Source: Macrostomum lignano
Taxonomy: Eukaryota
NCBI GenBank assembly: GCA_002269645.1
Contig: NIVC01001109.1
Span: 1-64,000, forward strand
DNA length: 64,000 nt
Direction: 5' to 3'
Shown here: positions 12,701-24,000 of the stretch, piece by piece
How the letters are laid out: each line of letters opens with the position of its first letter
Numbering within the stretch: the first letter of the stretch is position 1
The notes under the pieces: generated by a model
Told to the model about the DNA's origin: nothing
The model's database searches: none
Seen by the model: only the letters and a program-made list of their open reading frames with translations
Program-made: the position numbers and the translations under genes

Positions 12701-13777
12701 AATTTAATAAAGCATTTTACATCTAGGTTGATAGACTACTGCATTAGTAGCATTAGACGCTTCTATTGTTCTCCCAATGATTCCAAGTGCTGGCGCCCCT
12801 GGTGCTGGCGCCCCTGGTGCTGGCGCCCCTGGTGCTGGCGCCCCTGGTGCTGGCGCCCCTGGTGCTGGCGCCCCTGGTGCTGGCGCCCCTGGTGCTGGCG
12901 CCCCTGGTGCTGGCGCCCCTGGTGCTGGCGCCCCTGGTGCTAAAGCCCCTGGTGCTAAAGCCCCTGGTGCTGGCGCCCCTGGTGCTAAAGCCCCTGGTGC
13001 TGGCGCCCCTGGTGCTGGCGCCCCTGGTGCTGGCGCCCCTGGTGCTGGCGCCCCTGGTGCTGGCGCCCCTGGTGCTGGCGCCCCTGGTGCTGGCGCCCCT
13101 GGTGCTGGCGCCCCTGGTGCTGGCGCCCCTGGTGCTGGCGCCCCTGGTGCTGGCGCCCCTGGTGCTAAAGCCCCTGGTGCTAAAGCCCCTGGTGCTAAAG
13201 CCCCTGGTGCTGGCGCCCCTGGTGCTGGCGCCCCTGGTGCTGGCGCCCCTGGTGCTGGCGCCCCTGGTGCTGGCGCCCCTGGTGCTGGCGCCCCTGGTGC
13301 TGGCGCCCCTGGTGCTGGCGCCCCTGGTGCTAAAGCCCCTGGTGCTAAAGCCCCTGGTGCTAAAGCCCCTGGTGCTAAAGCCCCTGGTGCTAAAGCCCCT
13401 GGTGCTGGCGCCCCTGGTGCTGGCGCCCCTGGTGCTGGCGCCCCTGGTGCTGGCGCCCCTGGTGCTAAAGCCCCTGGTGCTAAAGCCCCTGTTGCTAAAG
13501 ACCCTGGTGTAAGGTAGATTGTCAGATAGAGTATAGAGTCTTCTGCACATGAACAAGACTCCGAAGTAAAAATTCAATCCCGCTAATCCCAGGCCGGCGA
13601 GACACCGACAACGAATCGATGTCGCATTTCGAGGAGAATCTACGCGCCGAACTGGGCAAAATATCGGCCAATTATGACAGCTACCTGGCCGAGAGGGCCA
13701 CCGGCGCAGGTGGCACCAGGTCTACTGAGTTCAGAGCCTCGTTCCGGAGCTCTGCGTCCCGTGGGAGACGCTGGTGA
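9763..13777 (+). CDS. BTB/POZ + NPH3-domain protein (NPH3/RPT2-like), exons 9763-11140, 11749-11939, 12471-12690, 13593-13777; 657 aa
   Basis: NRL-type BTB motifs KLHRFPL, DFPGGADCFNLIADFCY, NVVQLHCAAERLAM, NLADLTDRYL. NPH3-type C-terminal motifs DFVKLAASMSPDYRTSHDTLYEA and ERQQVFDALDLNRCSEAIL...VPARLVCQ. Three GT-AG introns with consistent phases 1/0/1 give a 1974-nt open frame. Confidence 0.85.
11156..11660. repeat. Intron-1 minisatellite, 15-bp unit TGTGAAGGATTGGTT
   Basis: Direct reading. Confidence 0.95.
12015..12320. repeat. Intron-2 minisatellite, 16-bp unit GTCACCGTGGG(G/A/C)TGAG
   Basis: Direct reading. Confidence 0.95.
12785..13505. repeat. Intron-3 minisatellite, 15-bp unit GCT(GGC/AAA)GCCCCTGGT with two variant units
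   Basis: Direct reading. Confidence 0.95.
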
Positions 13778-15057
13778 TGAAGCTGGCCCGTGTGACGGAC
13801 GACTTGAAAATACTGATTAGCACTAGTATGCGCAGCAAATATTAACTAGCTGAAGATCCATTATCATCACCAACTGAAAATCCAGAATTAGTAAAGAGCC
13901 AGGCCCTCTCAGCAGTTCCATACGCGTGAATTCTTTTCAGTTCATGTCTGTCTTAAAATCTCGGAGCCTGACTGCATAAAAAGTAGTTTTTCTTGTTTCA
14001 TGGTAAAACTATTTTGAATTAGAGTTGGCTACAATAATAAAAATGTTAGAAAATAATATCTAGCATTTGCGTATATACTACTGATCTGCTTACACTTGCT
14101 ATGTTTTCTACAATGTGTTGCTTGGGGGTGAGGTCACCGTGGAATGACCTGAATCGCGTCTCCTACCGAGGAGACCATGAGGAGACCAGGAGGCATGAAT
14201 GAGGGCTTGAAATCGTTGACACCTCCCATGCCCCATTCCCTCACACCCACCCCCTATGGCTAACCCGGCCGTTACGGAACGAAATGCCTGCTGGACCATA
14301 GACAAAACGCTCGATGGCTGCAACACAAGTTTTATGGTCGTGTATGATAAATACAAGGAACACGAGCTAATAGTCTATGGCCTGTAGGCTGAGAGACGAT
14401 AGGCTGAGAGACGACGAGCATTTATATTTGAGCTGTTTCTCTTTGTTGCATAAAACAACAATATAGTCAGTCTATACTCGCACTAGTGTTTGATTGATAG
14501 ATTCCTACGCGAATTGGGTAAGTAAACTAAAGCAAATGTTAATGTGTTTGTATTTATTTTGTGAGTATTTTTAACTAAATCGTAAGAAATTTATGATCTT
14601 GGATAGGTCCAGTTATTTATTATAAATGATGATACCTACAAGTATGTCATAAATGTTTTGGTATATGCTCACAATATGTCATTAGCTCATAGACAATATA
14701 TTAGATGTATAAAAACTTTCTTGTCAGAGGCCCTGCTGTGCTATTATTGACAGTTTCCTTCAGCAGCTTGCACTTCGACTGCAGTGACGATGCTATAGAT
14801 GCGTTTCGCGTTGTCCAAATCTTTCCATTTTTTATTTGGTCAGTTGAACTTGTCAAAAACTTTTGTCGATTCTGAAGGTCTTTACTAAGGTTTGAATGGT
14901 GAACTGATTGTTGTATGCAGTAAGAATGCATGGAGCTCATTCACAGGAACTAGTGTCACTCTGTAGAGATCTTGCATTTGCTTCACATGTCCTCACCACA
15001 CCAAACTTTGTGTGGTGTTCGGCAACGAAGTCCCTCTGCTAGACCATCTTTGTAGAC

Positions 15058-15305
15058 TTGACATCTCACCAATTCGCCCCATGAGCCTTGACATCTCAGC
15101 AATTCTCCCCATGAGCCTTGAAATCTCAGCAATTCTCCCCATGAGCCTTGACATCTCAGCAATTCTCCCCATGAGCCTCGACATCTCAGCAATTCTCCCC
15201 ATGAGCCTTGACATCTCAGCAATTCTCCCCATGAGCCTCGACATCTCAGCAATTCTCCCCATGAGCCTTGACATCTCAGCAATTCTCCCCATGAGCCTTG
15301 ACTCA
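15058..15305. repeat. 30-bp minisatellite ATGAGCCTTGACATCTCAGCAATTCTCCCC
   Basis: Direct reading; related to the reverse complement of the 62455-63185 array. Confidence 0.95.
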
Positions 15306-15704
15306 GCCATGGTTGCAAAATGTTGCAGAACAAAAAAGGACACAAAAAGCAGTTATTTCCGTTCCAGCTATTCACTGAAGATGCAAATTTCTCTCTCTCT
15401 GATACAATTCTGTTCAGTTTCTGCTTCCCGTATGCAGCTAGTGGTTCCTTTTACAAAAAGTCTTATTGCCCTTTGAGGCATTCAGATTTATCCTAGAGTA
15501 AGGAAAATTTCATGCAAGATATTTCCGTTTTATTCGTCATCTGAAAAACTTCTCCAAGAACAATGGGTACCATTTTCTCTAAGTACAATAAAACACAATT
15601 CACTTTGACATTTTTATATGTCAACAACGTTGACTGCTTTATGAATTTTTTCAAGGTTTTTCACTAACCTTGGTCACTCGAGCAACAAAATTATATATTT
15701 GGCC

Positions 15705-15955
15705 CAGCTACAGAGGGGGCGCCAGCTACAAAGGGGGCGCCAGCTATCTTACAGAGGGGGTGCCAGCTACAGAGGGAGTGCCAGCTACAGAGGGAGCGCC
15801 AGCTACAGAGGGGGTGCCAGCTACAGGGGGTGCCAGCTACAGAAGGAGCGCCAGCTACAGAGGGGGTGCCAGCTACAGAAGGGGCGCCAGCTACAGAGGC
15901 GGCGCCAGCTACAGAGGGGGCGCCAGCTATAGAAGGGGGCGCCAGCTACAGAGGG
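15705..15955. repeat. ~18-bp minisatellite GCCAGCTACAGAGGGGG
   Basis: Direct reading. Confidence 0.9.
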
Positions 15956-16276
15956 ACCGGCAGGTATATCTGTAGAGACAGACTTATTTGCACAGCTGCT
16001 GGAGGCTGGCTACAATGGGCTGCTCATCAGTGAGTGCTGACGACCCTGTTTTCAAAAGATATTCTCTGGCCAAACCTGCGCAGAGACTTGCGACATAGTT
16101 TTCAATGAATTTTTAGATAGTTAGGAAAAGTTACTTTGATATCCTCGTACTGTGGTCGTGTTAATTTAACTTGAAGAATAACTCAGTTTAGTAAAAATTT
16201 TTGCTCATAAGTTTGCTAATCGCTGACAATCAAGTCGTGAGATCAGCCGCAGTTGAGACCCGACCGTCGATCCTGC

Positions 16277-17020
16277 TCAGGGCAGAGAAAACTTCACCCA
16301 GTCGGCGCTCGTCTCGATCTCCTCCTCCACCTGAGTGTCGGTAAACAGCAGAAGACGGCAAGTTCTCAGCTTGCTGTTGTACAGCACGTGTCTGCAGTTG
16401 CCAGCACGCATGCCGGCCGCAACGCAGTGCATTGAGTTCTTCACCTGCAGCAGGTCAGTGTGGCAGTACTCCGAGCTCTCATGGAAGAAGCTGCGCTTGA
16501 ACTCCGTCAGCTGCCAATTGGCATGAGTTGGTGGTGGCAGCGGGTCGACTGTCGGACTCGGAGTCCACTCGCACGCCAGTCCGAACTTCTCCGAGCACTT
16601 TCGGTTGGCGATTTTGCCAAAGACAAGCGTGATGCAGTTCTCTACCGCACCGAAATTTGGATCATTATTGTTCCATATGGTGTCGTTCAAAGGCAGGATG
16701 CCGTTTCCGTTAATGCGCTGCCAGCCCGACTTGCTGGAGCCTCTCTCATCGGCCAGGTCGGTCACTCCGAGCCACACAATGCAGAAACAGTCAAGAATCG
16801 GCATGCCACTTAGCAGCAGAATCGACTCGAACGAGTTGACGAGCTCACCTCCGATTGACGCGCACTTCTGATAAGCCGAGCACCAGGTGTGCTTCTTCGA
16901 TGTGCTCACGAACAGGCATTTGTCACCTTCCAGGCTAAACGGATCAGGGCACGTCTGCGCCCAGACTGACACCAGCTGATTAAGGAATATTAACGCCAGA
17001 ATGAGTGTCGTCATATTCAT
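16277..17020 (-). CDS. Secreted C-type lectin domain protein with a C-terminal PAN/apple-like domain, copy 1 (247 aa, intronless)
   Basis: Signal peptide. CTLD motifs CPDPF...KCLF, TWCSAYQKCASIGGEL, VWLGVTD, W...DPN...ENC. C-terminal C-x3-C...CRHVLY...CRL pattern is PAN-like. Confidence 0.85.
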   Translation of the reverse strand: MNMTTLILALIFLNQLVSVWAQTCPDPFSLEGDKCLFVSTSKKHTWCSAYQKCASIGGELVNSFESILLLSGMPILDCFCIVWLGVTDLADERGSSKSGWQRINGNGILPLNDTIWNNNDPNFGAVENCITLVFGKIANRKCSEKFGLACEWTPSPTVDPLPPPTHANWQLTEFKRSFFHESSEYCHTDLLQVKNSMHCVAAGMRAGNCRHVLYNSKLRTCRLLLFTDTQVEEEIETSADWVKFSLP

Positions 17021-18016
17021 GTCGAACCTTTGTTGTCTGAAAATTTGAACTTGATTTTTTTAATTTAACTTTTGACTTGCGTCAGGCAAAGCACCGATAA
17101 CGATGCTTTGCAATAATTTAAATTCTAAATGTCTCTTCTCTGATCTGATTCGCTGGCCAATGAGAGCGCTTGGCTTTTTACCTACGAGCGATGTTCTCGA
17201 CTTACAATTGGTCAGTTGTTAAGCATCTCAATTCGTGTAAATGATCGAATTTATACTCAATATGAAAAGTCTGACTGTAGACGCGAAGGCTTTTATAGCT
17301 TTTGGTATGCTGCGTGAAACAGTGGGCATGGAAACCGGAAAAGGAACATACAGTTCCATGGCCAAGGGTTTGAATTAACTCGAGAAAGTGAGCCATGGAT
17401 AAGTCGATTTGCCGTGTTATATGGAACTGATGAGGACGCACTTTTTCCCAAATCCCGCGCTAGCACATGGGCTCTAAACTTACTAGCCTACTAACAGTGG
17501 GCAGTGGGGATTTTTATCCTTTTTCTGCGAATAGTCATAGAATCTATACTAGATATAATGTCTGGCCATACTAGTAGTCATAATAACATAGGCATTGCTT
17601 TTTGGGTCATACATCATCGCTTTCGAAGCTGGTCTGACAGCCACCTGCGCCTCACTCAATGTTGAGACGGGCGCCAGATGGTCTGAGAGGATGCGGGCGG
17701 TAGCTTTTTTCTCATCATTTTGACAGGCCATCAAGATTTATGAGGTCAGAGCCCATTGTTCGGATTCACTCAAGCGTGTGACAGCTTTGACAGCTATGCG
17801 TTTTACCCCTAAAAGTACTTTGGGATTAGCGATTAGCAATTTCTCTTCATTATCTTCACTTTCTATTTAATAAGAGCTTTCTAATGTATATTTTTTCATT
17901 AATTTCTGTCAATCCTACGCGAAAAGTCATAAATCATTTTGTTGCGATTTTGAGTGATTTATGGCCGCACCTGTCATCTTTTTACGACCCTGTGGGAACT
18001 GATAGGATCTCTCGGT

Positions 18017-18150
18017 CACGTGATTCTGGGTAGCAACAAGCTTAGCCAATCAGAAAATTCGGCGCTCATTTTAACAAAACGGCTCAGCCAATCAGAATCG
18101 ACGTGTTCCGTTATAACAAACTGCGGTCCAGCTGGCGGCTATTTAAACCG
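18017..18150 (+). promoter_or_regulatory. Promoter-like cassette (E-box CACGTG, two CCAAT boxes, TATA-like CTATTTAAA) with no gene behind it; possibly an orphan LTR
   Basis: CACGTG ~18017, AGCCAATCAGA at ~18044 and ~18086, TATTTAAA ~18140. Confidence 0.35.
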
Positions 18151-20280
18151 GTGTTTTTGGCCCGCTCGGACCTCAACCTTCCTACTGGCTAGGAACTTGC
18201 GCTCACCTCCTGGGACTTTAGCCTAGCTTGAGACATCCCGGAGCGCGACCGTCGTTTCTTGATCCCCGGACTGCGACTTCCCCCATCACTATCAAGGACG
18301 AGTCCCCCGGTCGACAGCAGCGAACATCAAGCGAAGATCATCACCTGCTAGCTATCAGCGAAGATCGTGACAGCATCATCCCGAGTCTACAGCTGCGAAG
18401 CATCAAGCCGATTCGGTCACTGTGGATTACCTGGTCTCCGGCTGTTGAGTTTCTGATTGGTTGGGTGAGAGGCTACCTAGACTTGCTTGATTGGGTGATC
18501 CCCTATCTGTCCCCTGTTTCAGTAGCTGAATTAGGCGCACACTTTTGCTCATTTTGTTCAGTAGTGCTGTTACTGAGGCAGAAATCACTTAATAATACTG
18601 CTAGTAGTCTGAAACTCCAATTCAATCTGAGGTGTGCAGCGATATAAGGAGAAGGTTAAATCTAACAGTTATTTTTATCGGTTTTATTTCTTTGTTCGCC
18701 GATGGCTCAGATGAGTAGCTAAGCTAGTAGGCGCCGGTCATAGTGGACCAATGGCAAGGCGGTTCTCAGTCGATCAATCGATCAAATCAGTGAGCAAAAC
18801 TGCCAGAAGTGCAGAATCGGCGCCAGAGATGTACTTTGTGCACTCTAGGTTCGCCAAGCGGCTCGGGTAATGAATCATGCGGTCTCTGAAGTTCGAGTTA
18901 GTCTATCATCAGCGCTATGAGAGGCTAGTTGGCGCGTTGAAGGCCAAAAGTACATATCTTCGTATTTAGCAATGTAATAGTACATGTAGCTACCCCATAG
19001 ACTCGCCACTGCAAGAATCCCCTGCACAAGTCCCCTCTGTACCTGCATGGCCTGCAATGCGATCAAGTCCCAGCAGCGTCCCTTATCATCGGCTATGACT
19101 TCGAGATTGACAGCAAAAAGACACTAGTTGGCAGGTAAGTACTAAGCCCCCTCTAGTCGGAAGCCCGATTTCGAGAGTCCCGGTGTGGTGAGCCAGGACA
19201 CACGGGCTGGTGGCAGCGAGTTAGCTTAGTCTGCGGATGAGCTAATTTCTACCTTCAAAATTCTCCCTGCTTGTCTCTCGCTGTCCCTCTCTTAGCTATA
19301 GGACCTAGACTGCTCGCCACACGATCAAGCTACCATGGGGCTGACCATCTGACAGGAGTGGGGGGCCAGGACTCTAATTGATTTATTTCTGAGGCCTGAG
19401 GCCCGAAGGCTTCCTCACAAGGGGCCTGAAAGGTCGAAACCCATCAGAACGATGAACCAGAATAGAAAATGAACGATTTGAGTTTTTAACAGCAAGAACA
19501 TCATGAAAGACGCTTTTTTGTTGTCTATTCATTGATCGAGATCAAGTATAATTGCGCCGCAAATTTCTGTACGTGATCGACAGTGTATCGTAGCAGCCTT
19601 GTGCCGTGGACTGTTGATGAAAGATATGTCGGTGTTGTTAAGACTCGTGGTCAGTAGACACCCATAAAAGGGCACGGTGACAACCGTACGACGAGCTTGA
19701 CCAAAAAGCGACAACAATTTCAGCTCAGAGAGCCAATGAGACTGCGAATCCTAGATGCCGCGGAAAGCTTGAATGATGTGCTTTTGTTAAGCTTCTCGAT
19801 TAAAAAACGAGTACATGTACACACGCGTAACAGTGTATCACGGTGTTGTATGTTTATGTAACTTCTAGTGATATGAAAATGTTACTTATGCACACTCCTC
19901 ACTGTTATATGACACATTGAAAAGCTAAGGCACAAGCTCTACCGACGCAGTTACATACCGCACATGTACGCTCGTACATACACGTATTTATGTGAATAAC
20001 TCAAGTCAATGAAATAAACAACTAAAACAACAAAACTGTCCGTTTACGAGCTACCTACAAAACTGTCATTGACAAAAATGGTCTATCGGTAGATACATTT
20101 TTTGGCGCATAAACTTAACCGTTAGTGGATAAAAATATATTGTATAATAATACGAGTAGCCTACGCGTGTCGAAACGAGTTCGCGTACATTCTACTGTTA
20201 CGTTCGACCCGTGAGTGTGTGCAATAGCGGCTATTTTTTTATTATCGATTACACCTGCCTGAATGGGCAGATTCACACCT

Positions 20281-20460
20281 GCCTCAGCCGCAGCTACTGC
20301 GCGGCGCATCTAAAAGCTGCCTACATCTGTTCAGTCCAAGGACTGGGGGTCGCCACACACACCCTCTGCAATTGCCCCAGCTAATGCTGGCACCCATTTT
20401 ACAGCTGGGTGAACTGATGCAATCCATAATTACATGTAAGTATCTTGCTCAAGGACACAA
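20281..20460 (-). mobile_element. CORE-like SINE, 5'-truncated copy
   Basis: Reverse complement reads TGTGTCCTTGAGCAAG...CAGTTCACCCAGCTGTAAAATGGGTGCC, like the CORE-SINE central domain; homologous to 43840-44001. Confidence 0.75.
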
Positions 20461-21096
20461 GGACGCTCTAACGAAACCACTAGGCTACAACCCCTCAATT
20501 TGATTTATTTGAAAAATAAAATAGATAAAAACGCCAGAAGCGATCAGTTGCATATGACTCAGCTATGTTAGTTTATATTTAGTAGTGTGAAAGCCTTAAA
20601 ATAAAAACAACACGCAGTTCCGCAGTTCGGAATCAGCACATAATTTGAGCCGATTCGTTGTAGTTATAAATATTTCGAATAAATTTAATGAAGGTCATTG
20701 CAATGCCAACTCGATCAGAAAAGCGGTCAAAGATTTGCAGGGACGTACACTGCAAACTTATGGTACAGAAACCCTGTGTTATTGAGACTTGGCATCTTGC
20801 CAATTCCTAAAAAGCAGGAAAAAGAATGCGCAGGCTCGGCATGACCAAGCATTCGAACTCTCAGGCATGTCTGAGCACGATGCTCAGAGTCGTAACCAGC
20901 TTCCAACACAGACTTCGCATCCAAGTGACTCTCTTCCAAAGTATTTGGCCATGCTTTCCCAGGCAGGGAAGCCATTTGAGCATATGGAATCGAGGTTAGC
21001 TGCACGTGTTTCGTGTCTTTACTTGACTTAGCTGCAGGGACACAGCGGGAAGGCGCGGGCGCCCATTCCGCTAGTCCCTGAACGGCCGACGCGTCG

Positions 21097-24000
21097 CTAT
21101 GGACGGAGGGTTGGCGCCGCCCAGGGAGGTCCCCCAGTGTCGCCAGCAGCTATAGTGCTCTCTGGAAAGGAGAGTTCAGCCCTGCGGGTGGCCCGAAGGT
21201 AGCGCATGAGCTGGTTAAAGTTTTCGGGTTTGCACGCTTCAGTAATAGATGTGTGTGGCCCGAGGTAAGTGAGTCTGGCCCGCGTGAAGGCGGGACAGAT
21301 GCTGACGAAATGCTCAGCGGTTTCGTCACCTGAGTTGCAGAAACTACAGGTGGCGTTGGTGGCGTTGCCCTGAAGGTACTGGTGCCTGGCGAAGCAGCCG
21401 TGACCAGAGAGGGCCATGGTGGCAGCCCGGATGTCTCTGCGCGAGAGGCGCAAGAGGAGCTTCCGGAGCTGGTGAGAGGGCTGAGGGACAGCGCCTCTAG
21501 ATTGCCTGCAGTTCGTGCGGTTCGCCCAAGTCGAGCGGTGCTGAGTCCTGATCCACGCTTTGATGCGCGAGTTGATGACACAGCCAGGAATCGGGACAAG
21601 AGGTTCGGGGCCGAGAGAGGAGCCGGAGGCACCAACTTTTGCAAGGGTGTCAGCCAACTCATTTCCTCGGATCCCCACATGCCCCGGAACCCACTTAAGG
21701 GTAATTTTGTTGGCGGAACCCAACACGTTGAGGAGTTTGATACAGTCAAGGACTGTAGCAGAGTTGGTGCTGCAGCCACTGATGGCGTGCAAGGCAGCTT
21801 GGCTGTCCGAATGGAAAATGATGTTCTTACCAGTAACGCCAGTGGCGAGAAGCTCTGCAGTGCAGGAGCTGATGGCCAGAACTTCATTTTGGAAAACACT
21901 GGAGTTGACCCCAGTGTATTGAGCGTGGGTAGCGATGACCCTCCCGTTCAGAAAGATTCCAACACCAAAGCCGGTGTTGGCTGACTGCTTAGAACCATCG
22001 GTGTAGCAATGAAGCTCACCAAGGTTCCATTGGTCATTGATGTTATCGCGCGAGTCGATAGCTACGGAGTAGCGTTGTCTCAGGTTGAGCGTTGAGGCAA
22101 TGCCATCGGTGAAGACGCGATTGGCCTGACACTCGTTGAGAAAGTTGAGGCACAGGTCGCTATGCGGGACAAGGTTCCGCTTAGCAGGTGCTCTCATGTA
22201 AATGAATTTGACGCCGGCATCAATTAGACGCCGCGTCGTTCTAGCCGCCTCACCCCTGACGAAGAGGTCAAGAGGCGGTAGATTAAGGAAGGCCCCCATG
22301 CCAGCAAAGGGCGTGGACCTGGTGGCGTTGCAGATGAGCCTACACGCTCTGCCTTGGATCGTGTTGAGCAGATCTGCATGGCTTTTGACCTGGGTAGCGC
22401 TAACCCAGACAACAGAGGCGTACGTAATGGCAGGTCTAACTACGGAAGTATAGATCCACCAAAGCCGCTTTGGGGATAGACCCCAAGAAGTGCCAAGTGC
22501 TCGTCGGAGCTGGGCCAGGATGGCTGAGGCACGCTTGGCTTTTGCTTTCACGTGGAAGGACCAGTTGAGCCGGTGGTCAAGTGTGACCCCGAGACATCTG
22601 GTCTGGTGCGCGAAGGCAATATCTCTGCCGTAGAGCTGCAGAGGACGTATGTTCCAGCGTAGTCTGCTGGTAAACATAATGGCAACGGTTTTGGGCTCAG
22701 AGAGTTCCAGACCTTTGTCATTGGCCCAGGATTCTGCTTTGCGGATAAAGCTCTGCATCAGATCCCTGAGCGTGCTGGGAGACGGTCCTGCCACAATGGC
22801 CGTGACGTCATCAGCATACCCGACTTTGAAGACGGGGTCGGGTCGGGAGTCACTCAGAAGAGCGTCCATGACCAGGTTCCAGAGCGTCGGGGTGAGGACT
22901 CCGCCTTGGGGTCCACCCTTACAGACTCTGGTGGAGGCAGTTTGCCCAAGAAGTTGGCAGTGACCGTACGGTTGGAGATCATGTACATGATCCACCGTAT
23001 GAGGGTAGCATGAGCTTTGCGATTTTGAAGGGCCCTCTGAAACGCTTCAAAGATAACGTTGTCGAAGGCGCCAACAATGTCAAGAAAGAGAGCCAGGGCG
23101 TAACCGTCACCCAGTACCGCCCGTTCAATCTTCTCGACAATCGCATGCAGGGCGCTGTCAGTCGACCTCCCGGTACGGAAGGCGTGCTGATTATTGCTGA
23201 GGGGCATCGCTGTCAGCTCGCAGGACAGCAGCCGCCAGAGAATAAGCCTCTCAGTGAGCTTAAGCATTGCTGACGTTAAGCTAATAGGCCGGAAGGCCTT
23301 GACGCTTTGGTAGTCACCCTTCCCAGGTTTGGGAATAAAGACTACCCGAGCTTCAGTCCAGCATTTGGGAACGTATCCCAGCTGGATAGAGGCCCGCATA
23401 AGATTGCGGGTGAGTCTCAGGAACGAGGGTATCTTGGCTGCTTCACGAAGAAGAACAGGGTAGATACCATCAGGTCCAGGAGATTTGAAGGGTTTGAAGG
23501 TTCTGACCGCACGAGCGATTAGGTCTTCAGTGACAATGCCCGCCGCTAGGGTGGCTCCATCCATCGAATGGTTGGGCTCCGGTCTAGCAGTAGGTACCCT
23601 CGGGAAGAATGTGCTGAGCATATGCTGAAGCACTTCTTCAGGGTCTTTAGTAAGAGAGCCATCATCTTTTTTGATCACGGCTAATTTAGACATTTTGTCC
23701 ATTGTAAGGGCCTTGACAAGCCTAGAAGTAGGTCTGTCTTGATCCAATTCATTGCAGAATTGGCGCCACTTACATTCCTTGGCCTTGCGCACTTCAGATT
23801 TGAAATTGCGGGACGCTTGCCGGAAAAGCTCCATGTCCTCCGGGTTTCCGGTCTTCATGGCACGGCGATGAAGGCTTTTGGCCTTCCGCCTGAGTTTCCC
23901 CAGCTCCGGGTTCCACCACGGCGCCGAGGTCTTGCCTTTGTAGGCGCGAGCAGGACAAGCCGCTACGTAGGCTGCAATAATGCAACCTGTCAGCGTCTCA

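Noticed and set aside
12753-13577. Collagen- or silk-like (GAPGA)n and (STRGA)n ORFs
   Set aside because: They lie inside phase-consistent intron 3 of the BTB-NPH3 gene and are open in several frames on both strands
19385-19460. Hammerhead-like GGCCT-GAA-AGGTC-GAAAC, reminiscent of Penelope ends
   Set aside because: The core reads CTCACAA instead of CTGANGA and no stem III/NUH can be formed; at most a dead remnant
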